Positions 17,801 through 25,077 of a stretch of DNA of 60,874 nucleotides are shown in pieces. A program made the translations under genes and the position numbers. Numbering within the stretch: position 1 is the first letter of the stretch; the number at the start of each line of letters is the position of its first letter. The stretch lies in IMG/VR virus record IMGVR_UViG_3300046018_000110, positions 1-60,874 of that record. The stretch is one strand, 5' to 3'. A model generated the notes under the pieces. That model saw nothing but the letters and a program-made list of their open reading frames with translations, did not search any database and was not told where the DNA came from. This DNA is from a virus (Duplodnaviria; Caudoviricetes).

Positions 17801-19463
17801 GAAGCCGGGGGAGAAGGCCGCGTTCCTCGCAACCGGAGGCCTCAGCGGGGTAGTCCGAATGGTCGCGCTGGCTACCCGGGGGTATCAACTGCGCAAGATC
17901 GATGGCTTGAGCGCGGCGGAGCAGAAGGCTCGCTACGGGGAGATCAAAGAACTCATCCGCGCTGGTCTCGTGCCCTTCAGCGGGCGCGGCGCGCGCCAGG
18001 ACATCACGGGCATCGTCAATGACCCCCGGCTCACCCCCGGCCATGGGCTGAAGTCCCGCGCGATAGGCGGCGCTGTCGGCCTGCTGAACAAGCGTGCCGG
18101 TGAGGCGACAAAGCGGGGTCTAGACAAGTTCGGGGACGTCTGGCATGGCACGCTGCTGTGGAACCGTATCGCGGACTTCCAGGTAGGCCTCGCCGCCCAC
18201 GCGCGGGACTACTATGAAGAGCTCCACCTGAAGCAGGGGATGACCGCGGAGCAGGCCCGGTACGCAGCACTCCGTCAGGCAGCCCATACCGCCAACCGCT
18301 ACACCGGCGCGATCAGCTCCGAGGCGATGAGTCAAGGCACGCGCAAACTGCTCGGGTGGACGCTGTTCAGTCGTTCGTACAACGTGACGAACATCGGAGC
18401 ATTCAAGGACGCGGGCATGGGACTGCCCTCGGAGATCCAGGCGCAGCTCAAGATCAACCAAGGCCCCGATGTCGCCGACAAGGCCAACGTGGCGTACCGA
18501 AAGAAGGCTCGGTCTGCGCTGATGATGGACATCGGGGTGACGTACATCGCCAACTCAATCTTCCAAGACCTGCTCGACCATTTCAAGCGCGACAAGTCAT
18601 GGTCCGACATCGAGCAGGGCTACGTCGACCGGTTCCACGAGGCGATGACCAAAGCGTACAAAGACCCGATGGCGATCATGCCCTTCGTCGGGCACCCGTT
18701 CGAGTGGACCCACAGCTTCTTCAGCAACAGCGAGAACGAACCGGGCAAGCAGAACCGGATCAAGATCGACAAGATGTCCGACGGTACCTGGGTCTACGCA
18801 CGCTCCGCACTGGGCAAGATGGGCGAAGACTTGGAGGGGTGGTCAGGAGACTTCTTCAACACCTTGTGGAAGAAGACGGGGTCTCTGATCCGGCCCGCGA
18901 TCGAAGTAGCGATGGAGGCGAGGGATCCCGACAAGCCCATCGCGGCGCGGATCTGGACGCCTGACGACAACGCGCTGCAGGCCATCGGAAAAGCCGTGGT
19001 GCATATCCTCGGCGGCGCAGTGCCGGTGAACGACGCGATGACCCTCGGGGACCTGCTGTCGGGCACCTCCGCAAGCGCGGGCATGAGCCAGCAGGGCAAG
19101 GATCTCGCGGCTCAAGAGAAGGCCAAGCTGCTCGTTCCAATCGTCTCCGGGGTCACCCTCAGTCGGGGGTACCCCGGCGGCGCGGTCGCCGGCGAACTGG
19201 CGCACAACGAGACGATGCAGCGGCAACGGAAAGAAGCCCTGTTGCCGGAAGCGAACAAGTTACTGAAGACAGGTATCGAGGCCGACCGCGACAAGGCGAT
19301 CGGCATCATGCTGGACCTCAAGATGGCCCCTCCCGAGATCATCTCCCACATCAAGGGACAGATCGCCCCGGAGTCACGAGTCACCGCCAAGCGCGAGATC
19401 AAAGACGCCCGGTTCATGTCCGAGGACGAGATGGCGAAGCTGAAACGGGCCGGGGCTCAATGA
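14829..19463 (+). CDS. Large polyvalent virion protein: two ADP-ribosyltransferase (ART-PolyVal-like) domains, a zincin metallopeptidase and a helical C-terminal region
   Basis: RVYHGS...ARRYA...ELSVIHP; FKAWFGDSKVVDAEGKPLVVYHGT...GYYFS...HDGVVY...EYVVFEPTQIKSAIGNNGDF; HEAIH with a downstream E. Confidence 0.85.
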   Translation: MTVKLTGCMNLVTKMPEEDQERLLKRLDDYEAKGVPREKAQVMATKDTLAEVRAEREELHGHVREQHPDLFKGLPPLRVYHGSRHGPVEGAARMEPHDETGHPGFSVSLGEKTARRYAHDVDERHDDPPTNPTVNAFDLHGKLMGWQELLQATRERLKLGDTALPTREQVNETARSMGVTAVDHRQNLGIDELSVIHPDALRPVSQENAQVAKDQTETPAFKAWFGDSKVVDAEGKPLVVYHGTSRDFSTFDDSKMSPTRVKFGDAKGYYFSADKGYSEAYGSGQGHNVMPVFLSMKNPKYVQSTVGTAYFNPRMIEKLRGEGHDGVVYRGDDAHGGGSEYVVFEPTQIKSAIGNNGDFDPTKGDISKHFDLTRENSNFFGDPHDETALALQSAIEGKTLRQAVEHVVSNSTDASYREIGQRVLDRMAELENHGVQFDLKIAHVGDSVPRSLLGARGLAHYVYGKEGETPASHTVWINGHDVTGKSGMSEETLMHEAIHTVTQSALRLGNYSKAAGTDAATLSHEMFALSNALVKHFNKRAAEAKAGGTPLTEFEQAIFERRSNSLQSPDEVLSWGLTNKPMQEWMETVPFDSKQSLWGKFVDSIRGFLGLEPKANTALSELLRLADRAFDSPVHELKKLASERGESLQVQTPAGEQNNTQQRPREDREARTTPPVVHADRAVTLTQRAGDTLSRAWHDLTDGILPMSSGSEIAQATLKDYANEERAARDQWLRFDQILIKHFKEDELVRMSDAAEEENLIRGGDIPASPDMGLASLTPVQRATVETLHAYADERFEAAKAAGMYEGPGVPYWMPRISVVMDEEGRAMRPRDSTTVGRNIVTTAPSLKGRKYKTIDETERAMKQLFGDGAEVVRNIRAMPLAMARLDRAIAGKNLVDKIRTMGMTVGQEFVRDGEAPGYEKIDLPGVRGANLYVAQEWAGPVRSVMYDPPGKWEGRFMDAKAESTSLIMYTPFMHGTTVFGKAFPASWSLSKPGEKAAFLATGGLSGVVRMVALATRGYQLRKIDGLSAAEQKARYGEIKELIRAGLVPFSGRGARQDITGIVNDPRLTPGHGLKSRAIGGAVGLLNKRAGEATKRGLDKFGDVWHGTLLWNRIADFQVGLAAHARDYYEELHLKQGMTAEQARYAALRQAAHTANRYTGAISSEAMSQGTRKLLGWTLFSRSYNVTNIGAFKDAGMGLPSEIQAQLKINQGPDVADKANVAYRKKARSALMMDIGVTYIANSIFQDLLDHFKRDKSWSDIEQGYVDRFHEAMTKAYKDPMAIMPFVGHPFEWTHSFFSNSENEPGKQNRIKIDKMSDGTWVYARSALGKMGEDLEGWSGDFFNTLWKKTGSLIRPAIEVAMEARDPDKPIAARIWTPDDNALQAIGKAVVHILGGAVPVNDAMTLGDLLSGTSASAGMSQQGKDLAAQEKAKLLVPIVSGVTLSRGYPGGAVAGELAHNETMQRQRKEALLPEANKLLKTGIEADRDKAIGIMLDLKMAPPEIISHIKGQIAPESRVTAKREIKDARFMSEDEMAKLKRAGAQ

Positions 19464-19471
19464 GCATAGAA

Positions 19472-19487
19472 GGGGACAATCGTCCCC
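19472..19487 (-). terminator. Hairpin terminator downstream of tRNA-Val (possibly bidirectional)
   Basis: GGGGAC-AATC-GTCCCC between convergent units. Confidence 0.5.
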
Positions 19488-19503
19488 GTCTTGTGTACAT
19501 CTA

Positions 19504-19578
19504 TGGTGGGCGCCGACGGGATCGAACCGCCGACCCGCTGCGTGTAAGGCAGCCGCTCTACCACTGAGCTAGGCGCCC
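19504..19578 (-). tRNA. tRNA-Val(TAC)
   Basis: Full cloverleaf GGGCGCC TA GCTC AGTGGTA GAGC G GCTGC CTTACAC GCAGC GGGTC GGCGG TTCGATC CCGTC GGCGCCC A CCA. Confidence 0.96.
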
Positions 19579-19580
19579 TC

Positions 19581-19762
19581 GCTGCATTTTTGCTACATCA
19601 CCGTAGGCCCTGAAGGGTCTGCTTGTGTTGCGATTTGAGTCTAACTTGTTGATTTTCCTGGTGGGTATCGGCCGCTTCCCAGGGCCGGAACGCCTTGTAA
19701 GGGGTTGGTTCTAGCAAGTGTCCACGCGGGTTTCCGCTGGATCTGCTACATTCTCGCTGCAC
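19581..19762. other. Putative attP: arm-type repeats, IHF site and a core at a tRNA-Val anticodon-loop sequence
   Basis: GCTRCAY direct-repeat pairs at 19581/19592 and 19745/19756; IHF consensus at 19642-19654; core AACGCC-TTGTAA-GGGGTT at 19689-19706; adjacent to the integrase. Confidence 0.7.
19659..19706 (-). pseudogene. Decayed 3' half of a tRNA-Val(TAC)
   Basis: Minus strand CCCTTACAAGGCGT...ACCCACCA at near-tRNA spacing but with no T-loop. Confidence 0.6.
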
Positions 19763-19777
19763 CAAGCAGGAGAAACC

Positions 19778-20827
19778 ATGCCCATCTACAAGCGTCAGGG
19801 GAAGTTCCAAGTGGTGGTCCGTCGCAAAGGGTTCCCTCCGTACTTCGAGACGTGGCCAACCCGGCGCGAAGCAGACGCCGACGAGGCTCGCATCGAGGCC
19901 GAGATCCGCCTGGGCAACCGCGTCGACCACCGCGAGATCGCGGAGACCACGGTGCGCCAGCTCCTCACGAAGTACGACGAGGACGTCTGCGGGCGCGACG
20001 ACAAGAACGGGCGCAAGGACAGCAACCGCATCAACGCGTGGCTGGCGGAGCGCTGGACCCTCCTGGCGCTCAACCAGGACATCACCAGCGCCCTGCGCGA
20101 CTGGGGCGACCGCCGACTGCGCGAGGTCACCGCCGCCACCCACAACCGCGACCTGAACCTGCTCTCGTCGATCTTCAGCCACGCGATCAAGGTCTGGGGC
20201 ATCCGCTTCGTGCACCCCATCATGGGGCAGATGAAGCGCCCCGCCGGCGCGGCCGGCGAGCATCGGGAGGTGCTCTGGACCGACGAGCAATTGCAGGCCG
20301 TTCTGGGCCTGCGGGAGTTCGACCCTGCCCTACCCCCCACCTCGGCGCTGCAAACGCTGCCATGGACGATTCTGTGCCTTCGGCACACGGGTCTGCGCTT
20401 GGGCCAGTTGGTGGCGACGCGGATGGAGTGGCTGCACCTGGAGAACCCGGCGGCGCCCTGGATCGAGTTCCCGGCCGGTGTGGTCAAGAACCGCAAGCCC
20501 CACAAGCTGCCGCTGTCGACCCGCGGGCTGGCCTGGGTCTCGGCGCTGGCGGGGCACCGGCGCGGGGAAGATCGCCTGTTCCCCTTCCGCGAGGGGACTC
20601 TGGGGCAGGCCTGGAGGCGGGACACGCAGCCGCGCCTGCTGGAGACGCGGCCGGAGATGGGCGACCACACGCTGCACGATCTGCGCCACACCTGGACGAC
20701 GGAGATGGTCGACGTGCGGAAGGTGCCCCTGCTGCAGCTGATGAAGATCAGCGGCCGGGAGTCTGAACGGGAGCTGCGTCGATACTACAACCCGACCGCT
20801 GAGACTCTGGCGCCGTTGATGGGCTGA
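19778..20827 (+). CDS. int: Tyrosine integrase
   Basis: TGLRLGQL, VKN, HDLRHT and C-terminal RRYY; ATG 19778 after GGAG. Confidence 0.92.
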   Translation: MPIYKRQGKFQVVVRRKGFPPYFETWPTRREADADEARIEAEIRLGNRVDHREIAETTVRQLLTKYDEDVCGRDDKNGRKDSNRINAWLAERWTLLALNQDITSALRDWGDRRLREVTAATHNRDLNLLSSIFSHAIKVWGIRFVHPIMGQMKRPAGAAGEHREVLWTDEQLQAVLGLREFDPALPPTSALQTLPWTILCLRHTGLRLGQLVATRMEWLHLENPAAPWIEFPAGVVKNRKPHKLPLSTRGLAWVSALAGHRRGEDRLFPFREGTLGQAWRRDTQPRLLETRPEMGDHTLHDLRHTWTTEMVDVRKVPLLQLMKISGRESERELRRYYNPTAETLAPLMG

Positions 20828-20867
20828 TCGGCCCGGGCCGATATCCGAACGATATCGGCTGCGGGCG

Positions 20868-21029
20868 CTATTCCGGCAGCCCGCTACTGTTGCTGACGCA
20901 CTTCACCTTGGTGAGGTCCAGGCCCAGCGTGACGGCCGCGTTGTGGCAGGCCTGGGCGCTGTAGTACTCGCCCAGCTGAGTGACACGCGGCTGGCCGGCG
21001 AGGAGGGTGATGACGAAGAGGAGGTACAT
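20868..21029 (-). CDS. Small hypothetical protein
   Basis: Last ORF of the leftward operon; hydrophobic N-terminus. Confidence 0.4.
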   Translation of the reverse strand: MYLLFVITLLAGQPRVTQLGEYYSAQACHNAAVTLGLDLTKVKCVSNSSGLPE

Positions 21030-21039
21030 GCTGCGCAGT

Positions 21040-21279
21040 CTACGCTGGTTGGAGCGGCCGCTCGTGGCTGTAGGGGCTGTACTCCCACTCCCCGTAGCAT
21101 TCCTCACGCTGGTGCATCTCCAGGCACTCGGGATGCATCTTGCTGGTGGTCGCCGTGTCGTCGAAGGTGACCCAGCGGTGGTACTTCTCACTGACCTGTA
21201 TGGCCTCCCCGCAGCTGGTGCATCTGTGCTGCTTGCGGGCTGTGAGGATCTGGGGATCGGTGTTGAACATGGTCATCAC
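21040..21279 (-). CDS. Small Zn-binding hypothetical protein
   Basis: ARKQHRCTSCGEAI...HPEC. Confidence 0.65.
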   Translation of the reverse strand: MMTMFNTDPQILTARKQHRCTSCGEAIQVSEKYHRWVTFDDTATTSKMHPECLEMHQREECYGEWEYSPYSHERPLQPA

Positions 21280-21473
21280 CCCTTGTCGGGGTCGACCTCA
21301 AAGCGCCGGCACAGCTGGGTGGCGAAAGTCGACCCCAGGCCGAACGCGTCCATCACCGCCACCCAGGGCGGCGTGCGTTTCGGTCTGCGATTGCGCACCG
21401 CCGACAGCACGGCGCGCCGCACCAGATCCTCGTCGGGGATGACCGCGACGGTGCGCTCCACGGCCTCGGTCAC
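21276..21473 (-). CDS. Conserved small phage protein
   Basis: WVAVMDAFGLGSTFATQLCRRFEVDPD; GTG start overlapping the upstream stop. Confidence 0.6.
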   Translation of the reverse strand: MTEAVERTVAVIPDEDLVRRAVLSAVRNRRPKRTPPWVAVMDAFGLGSTFATQLCRRFEVDPDKG

Positions 21474-21871
21474 ACCAACCCCCGCGTCGACTGCCCCACC
21501 GGCTCGCCCGTGTTGGCGATGACCTGTACCGCTCGGTCGTCCCAGAGCTCGATCATCCCGTAGTCCTTGACGCACGTGACCTCGAGCGTTTCCCCCAGGT
21601 GCTGCCGGCACCACGCGCGGATCGCGCGGAGGGCTTCGACCGCCTCCCCGCGCCGGCGCATCACTTCAGAGTACTGTGGGGTCGTGACGGAAGGCAGCTC
21701 AGGGCAGTACGCCCTGGCCGTGAAGATCTTCACCTGATGGCCCTCTGCGCGCCAGCGCTTCACGCGCTCCCGCATCGGGCCCACGGGCTCGCCGAGGTGG
21801 CTCGCGCCCTTCCAGCCGTCGTAGACCGCCAGGGTGCCGTCGAAGTCGACGCCGATCCATCCGTTGCTCAT
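21470..21871 (-). CDS. Capless HAD-superfamily phosphatase
   Basis: VDFDGTL (motif I), IFTAR (II), K (III), WDDRA (IV). Confidence 0.8.
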   Translation of the reverse strand: MSNGWIGVDFDGTLAVYDGWKGASHLGEPVGPMRERVKRWRAEGHQVKIFTARAYCPELPSVTTPQYSEVMRRRGEAVEALRAIRAWCRQHLGETLEVTCVKDYGMIELWDDRAVQVIANTGEPVGQSTRGLV

Positions 21872-22146
21872 GCCGGTTCCTTGTTGTCGAATGCGCCCAT
21901 CAAGAGCAGCCTGATCTCGTCCATCTTCAGGCAGTCGTCGAGGTCGCTGAACGATCTGTACGCCAGCTTGCCGTACGCCCAGGCCAGGAGAGCGATCAGT
22001 TCCTCTTGGCTCATCGCGGCGCCGCAGAAGATGCAGCGCTCGGGCGCGGGGCCATCCTCGGCGGCGACGCGCGCCACGTAGTCGGCGAGCGTGCGGATCT
22101 GCCCTGGTGGGGTGCTGGTGGCCTTGTGGGCGGGGGTGCGCATCAT
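21868..22146 (-). CDS. Hypothetical protein
   Basis: Coupled ORF with CxxC. Confidence 0.5.
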   Translation of the reverse strand: MMRTPAHKATSTPPGQIRTLADYVARVAAEDGPAPERCIFCGAAMSQEELIALLAWAYGKLAYRSFSDLDDCLKMDEIRLLLMGAFDNKEPA

Positions 22147-22319
22147 TTCTTGGCCGCCCCGAGCAGCGTGCGGATAGCGATGAAGAGCGCGGCGCTCCAG
22201 AACGCCCAGGCGTAGCTCTCGGTCACGACGGCGTAGACGAACGTGACGCCGGGCAGCGCGAAGGTGGTGAAGATCCAGTGCGTCTGGAACAACGCGACGA
22301 GGAGTTGGTCAGCTGTCAT
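22143..22319 (-). CDS. Small membrane protein
   Basis: Two hydrophobic segments; coupled. Confidence 0.5.
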   Translation of the reverse strand: MTADQLLVALFQTHWIFTTFALPGVTFVYAVVTESYAWAFWSAALFIAIRTLLGAAKK

Positions 22320-22594
22320 TTCGTGGTCTGCTTTCCGACGTTGTAGCCACTCTGGCCTTTGCGCCAACCGCGGTTGGCCTTCTGGCTGGTGACCATGAGA
22401 TTGGCGTCCTTGGAGGTGCCCCCGTCTTGCAGGGCGGTGATGTGGGCCACGTCCTTGCCGTCGCCGACGTGGACCTTGCCCTCCTTGATCAGGTGCTGGC
22501 GCGCGAGGTTGTTGGCCTCCCGCTTCTTCACGTTGGCCGGCAGGGCGTTGTAGGCCTTCTGCGCGGCCAGCTTGGTCGGGCTGCTCTTGGTCAT
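22316..22594 (-). CDS. Small HNH-like nuclease
   Basis: GDGKDVAH...GG...NL.....ANR. Confidence 0.65.
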   Translation of the reverse strand: MTKSSPTKLAAQKAYNALPANVKKREANNLARQHLIKEGKVHVGDGKDVAHITALQDGGTSKDANLMVTSQKANRGWRKGQSGYNVGKQTTK

Positions 22595-22878
22595 GCGTTT
22601 CTCCATCGTTGAACCGAGCGCAGTGGCACGCCCAGGTGGCTGGCCACCGCGATGGCCTTCCAGCCCTGTCCCATCAAGGCCCTGGCGGTCTGCCGGGCGT
22701 TCTCCCGGCTCCGCTCACGGTCGAAGGCAGCCGCGCGGTCGCTGCCCCTGCCCTGCTTGTTGATGCCGTTCCAGACGGACAGGGGGATCTCGATCGTGGT
22801 GTACCGGGTGCCCTCCTCGCCGGCGTAGCGGCGACGCTTGTAGCCCTCGGCCGTCGTGCGGGTCTCGAGTACTGTCAC
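22591..22878 (-). CDS. DNA-binding protein (NrdR-like N-terminal strand motif plus C-terminal HTH)
   Basis: VLETR....KRRRY.....RYTTIE; IAVASHLGVPLRSVQRWR. Confidence 0.55.
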   Translation of the reverse strand: MTVLETRTTAEGYKRRRYAGEEGTRYTTIEIPLSVWNGINKQGRGSDRAAAFDRERSRENARQTARALMGQGWKAIAVASHLGVPLRSVQRWRNA

Positions 22879-22984
22879 AGCACCACCCACTGCGGCACTG
22901 GCAGCACGCGGTGCCACCGGCCCGAGGGTGTCTGCAGGAACCAGCCCCCGCGCTTCCAAAGACGGGGTGAGCGGTAGGCGAGCT

Positions 22985-23251
22985 TCACGGCTTGGCTCCT
23001 GCTGCGCGCCCAGTGATCCAAGCCTGCGCAGCCTTGGCTGCTTCGATGTAGGCTGGGCTGGGCGTGCCGTTGATCTCTTGGCCGGGTTTGTACGTCGACC
23101 AGATGCGAGCGCGAAGCCCGGCAGGCAACGCGAACCAGTGGCCTTTGCAGCCCCACATCGCGGGCGGCACCTGCTTGTCGCAGCCCGGCCAATGGCAGTG
23201 GTGATTGCGCGTCTGTCCTTGGCTGCGCACGTAGTCTGCTTTGGTGGTCAC
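22985..23251 (-). CDS. Conserved Cys/His phage protein
   Basis: HHCHWPGC...MWGCKGHWFALP; flanked by 22-bp direct repeats. Confidence 0.65.
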   Translation of the reverse strand: MTTKADYVRSQGQTRNHHCHWPGCDKQVPPAMWGCKGHWFALPAGLRARIWSTYKPGQEINGTPSPAYIEAAKAAQAWITGRAAGAKP

Positions 23252-23269
23252 GGCTTGGCTCCTGCTGCG
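22985..23269. repeat. 22-bp direct repeat TCACGGCTTGGCTCCTGCTGCG at 22985-23006 and 23248-23269
   Basis: Exact match seen in the sequence. Confidence 0.9.
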
Positions 23270-23622
23270 GCCAGGATGGCGCGGGCGATAGGGCGGAAGC
23301 CTTTGCCGTAGGTGCGCAGGTACGGCACATCGTTATCGTTCGAGCCGCAGAACCGCAGAAACACCGCGTCGATCTGCTCATCCGTCAGCGGCTGCGCCAC
23401 TGGAGCGGCGAGGATGGGCGATACGTGATGCCAGAGGAACATGCAGAAGTTCGCCACGTCTCGTGGGTCGCCCTTCTCGACGTGGTCGCGCAGCATTTCA
23501 GACAGCGACAGCGGGGAGCATGTCTGCCAGCCGCCCCGGCCTTTCTCGCGAGCGGCGGCCAGCTTAGCTTTCATCTGAAGCGCGAATTCGTCAACGGCTT
23601 CGTCGTCAGGGTGCTCGTTCAT
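23248..23622 (-). CDS. Conserved phage all-alpha protein
   Basis: AVDEFALQMKAKLAAAREKGRGGW...KGDPRDVANFCMFL. Confidence 0.65.
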   Translation of the reverse strand: MNEHPDDEAVDEFALQMKAKLAAAREKGRGGWQTCSPLSLSEMLRDHVEKGDPRDVANFCMFLWHHVSPILAAPVAQPLTDEQIDAVFLRFCGSNDNDVPYLRTYGKGFRPIARAILAAAGAKP

Positions 23623-23762
23623 GCCGGCGCCCCGTAGATCACGAGGCACACGACCGCCACCAGGGCGCAGAGCGTGGCCAGGGTGGAGAGGACGAACCCG
23701 CGCGTGACCAGACGGCACGCCTCGTTGAGCTCTTCGTCGTTGATCTGCCGCCAGGGCTTCAT
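23619..23762 (-). CDS. Small single-TM protein
   Basis: Coupled ORF with a C-terminal hydrophobic helix. Confidence 0.5.
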   Translation of the reverse strand: MKPWRQINDEELNEACRLVTRGFVLSTLATLCALVAVVCLVIYGAPA

Positions 23763-24100
23763 GACTTGGCCTTCTCGGTGGCCTCGGCGCCGCGGTGGCG
23801 CTCGCCCAGGTGGAAGGGGCGCGCGGTCTCGGTGGACTTGAATCCAACCTTCTTCGCGAAGGCCGCCGCCGCCACGCGCTTCTGGGCCATGATGTCGGCC
23901 AGGGCTTCCATCCAGGCGCGCACGTCGGCCACACGCCACGCCAGCTTGCGGGTGCCTGGGATCTGGAAGCGCGGGGGCAGCGTCTCGGGCCGGCGGCTGG
24001 AGTCGATCTTGACGCTCTTGGTCGAGCGTCCGATGAGCTTGCCGAGCTCCGCCGCGTCCATCAGGCGCTGGTCGTCGAGGGGTGCCGTGTTGCTGTTCAT
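23759..24100 (-). CDS. Excisionase/AlpA-like winged HTH protein
   Basis: LMDAAELGKLIGRSTKSV...LPPRFQIPGTRKLAWRVADVRAWM. Confidence 0.75.
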   Translation of the reverse strand: MNSNTAPLDDQRLMDAAELGKLIGRSTKSVKIDSSRRPETLPPRFQIPGTRKLAWRVADVRAWMEALADIMAQKRVAAAAFAKKVGFKSTETARPFHLGERHRGAEATEKAKS

Positions 24101-24107
24101 GCGGTGA

Positions 24108-24136
24108 ATGTTATCAGGGCTTACGTCGCCTTGCAA
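24108..24136 (-). promoter_or_regulatory. Sigma70 promoter for the xis-like gene (likely leaderless), with an operator-like site at 24110-24124
   Basis: TTGCAA-17 bp-TAACAT; ATG 7 nt downstream of the -10. Confidence 0.7.
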
Positions 24137-24518
24137 GCATTTCCGCAGTGAATTCCTCGCCGGTCAGGCTGAAGCTGCCCACCGTCGGGCAGTGGCAGCT
24201 GTAGTACCCCACCTTGCTGCAGACGGTGCACTCCGTGGGCCCCGGCGGTACCGGCACGGGAGGTAGGTCGATGTCCACCGGCGCGCCGGCCAGCTTCTGG
24301 CTCAGCCGGTGCAGGCGCGCGTTGAACCACCGGCGCAGCACGTACTGGCGCGCGATGCTGACGCCGGTGAACAGGAGACCGATCTGGATGTTCTGGGCGA
24401 TCGTGACGTGGAAGCCGAACAACGGCAGGATCAGCAGGTTGCCGAAGAAGTTGATGACGTAGCCGATGACGATGTTCGCCATGGCCTCGATGAAGCTACC
24501 GAGGCGGGTCTGGGTCAT
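24114..24518 (-). CDS. Conserved phage membrane protein with a Cys-rich tail
   Basis: QTRLGSFIEAMANIVIGY...SIARQYVLRRWFN. Confidence 0.7.
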   Translation of the reverse strand: MTQTRLGSFIEAMANIVIGYVINFFGNLLILPLFGFHVTIAQNIQIGLLFTGVSIARQYVLRRWFNARLHRLSQKLAGAPVDIDLPPVPVPPGPTECTVCSKVGYYSCHCPTVGSFSLTGEEFTAEMLARRRKP

Positions 24519-24889
24519 GCCAGTTCCTGAAGATCGTCGGAGGTGTACGGGAACGCGAGCACCACATCCGCCCGTGCGATATTGGCCGCATCGCTGCACC
24601 CGTCGGGGTAGCGCTTGTCGAGCTTGGCCTTGTTGTTGGCCGCGAGGTCTTCGAGCGTCCAGCCCTGCTTGATGCACAGCATCACGAGGTAGTGCAGCGT
24701 GTCACCGGCCTCTGTCTGCAGCTTGACGAGGTCGAGCTCCTTGCCAGAGACCCAGGTCTTCTTGACGAGGTCGAGTACCTCACCGCCCTCACCGGCCAGC
24801 CCGATGGCCGCGTGCAGCGTGCCCTCCAGGCCGTGGCGGCGCTTGACGAACAGACGGTCGACGTAGGGGAAGAATTCGGGGAGCTTCAT
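24515..24889 (-). CDS. mazG: MazG-like nucleotide pyrophosphohydrolase
   Basis: GLAGEGGEVLDLVKK...EAGDTLHY...NKAKLDKRYPDG. Confidence 0.88.
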   Translation of the reverse strand: MKLPEFFPYVDRLFVKRRHGLEGTLHAAIGLAGEGGEVLDLVKKTWVSGKELDLVKLQTEAGDTLHYLVMLCIKQGWTLEDLAANNKAKLDKRYPDGCSDAANIARADVVLAFPYTSDDLQELA

Positions 24890-25077
24890 GTCTGGATCCT
24901 CGGTGGTGTCAGCACGCCGACGATCGCGGCGAGCCAGGGGTCGTTGAAGGCGGGGCGGGGCACCCCTTGAAAACGGAACAGGAGGGGCACGCCGAGGTGC
25001 ACCGACATGGTCCGCAGGCGCTTGGCGACGTGTGGGTCGAGCAGGGTCTCAGGGTAGGCCTGCCGCTCGATCATCAT
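24886..25077 (-). CDS. Hypothetical protein
   Basis: Coupled ORF. Confidence 0.45.
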   Translation of the reverse strand: MMIERQAYPETLLDPHVAKRLRTMSVHLGVPLLFRFQGVPRPAFNDPWLAAIVGVLTPPRIQT

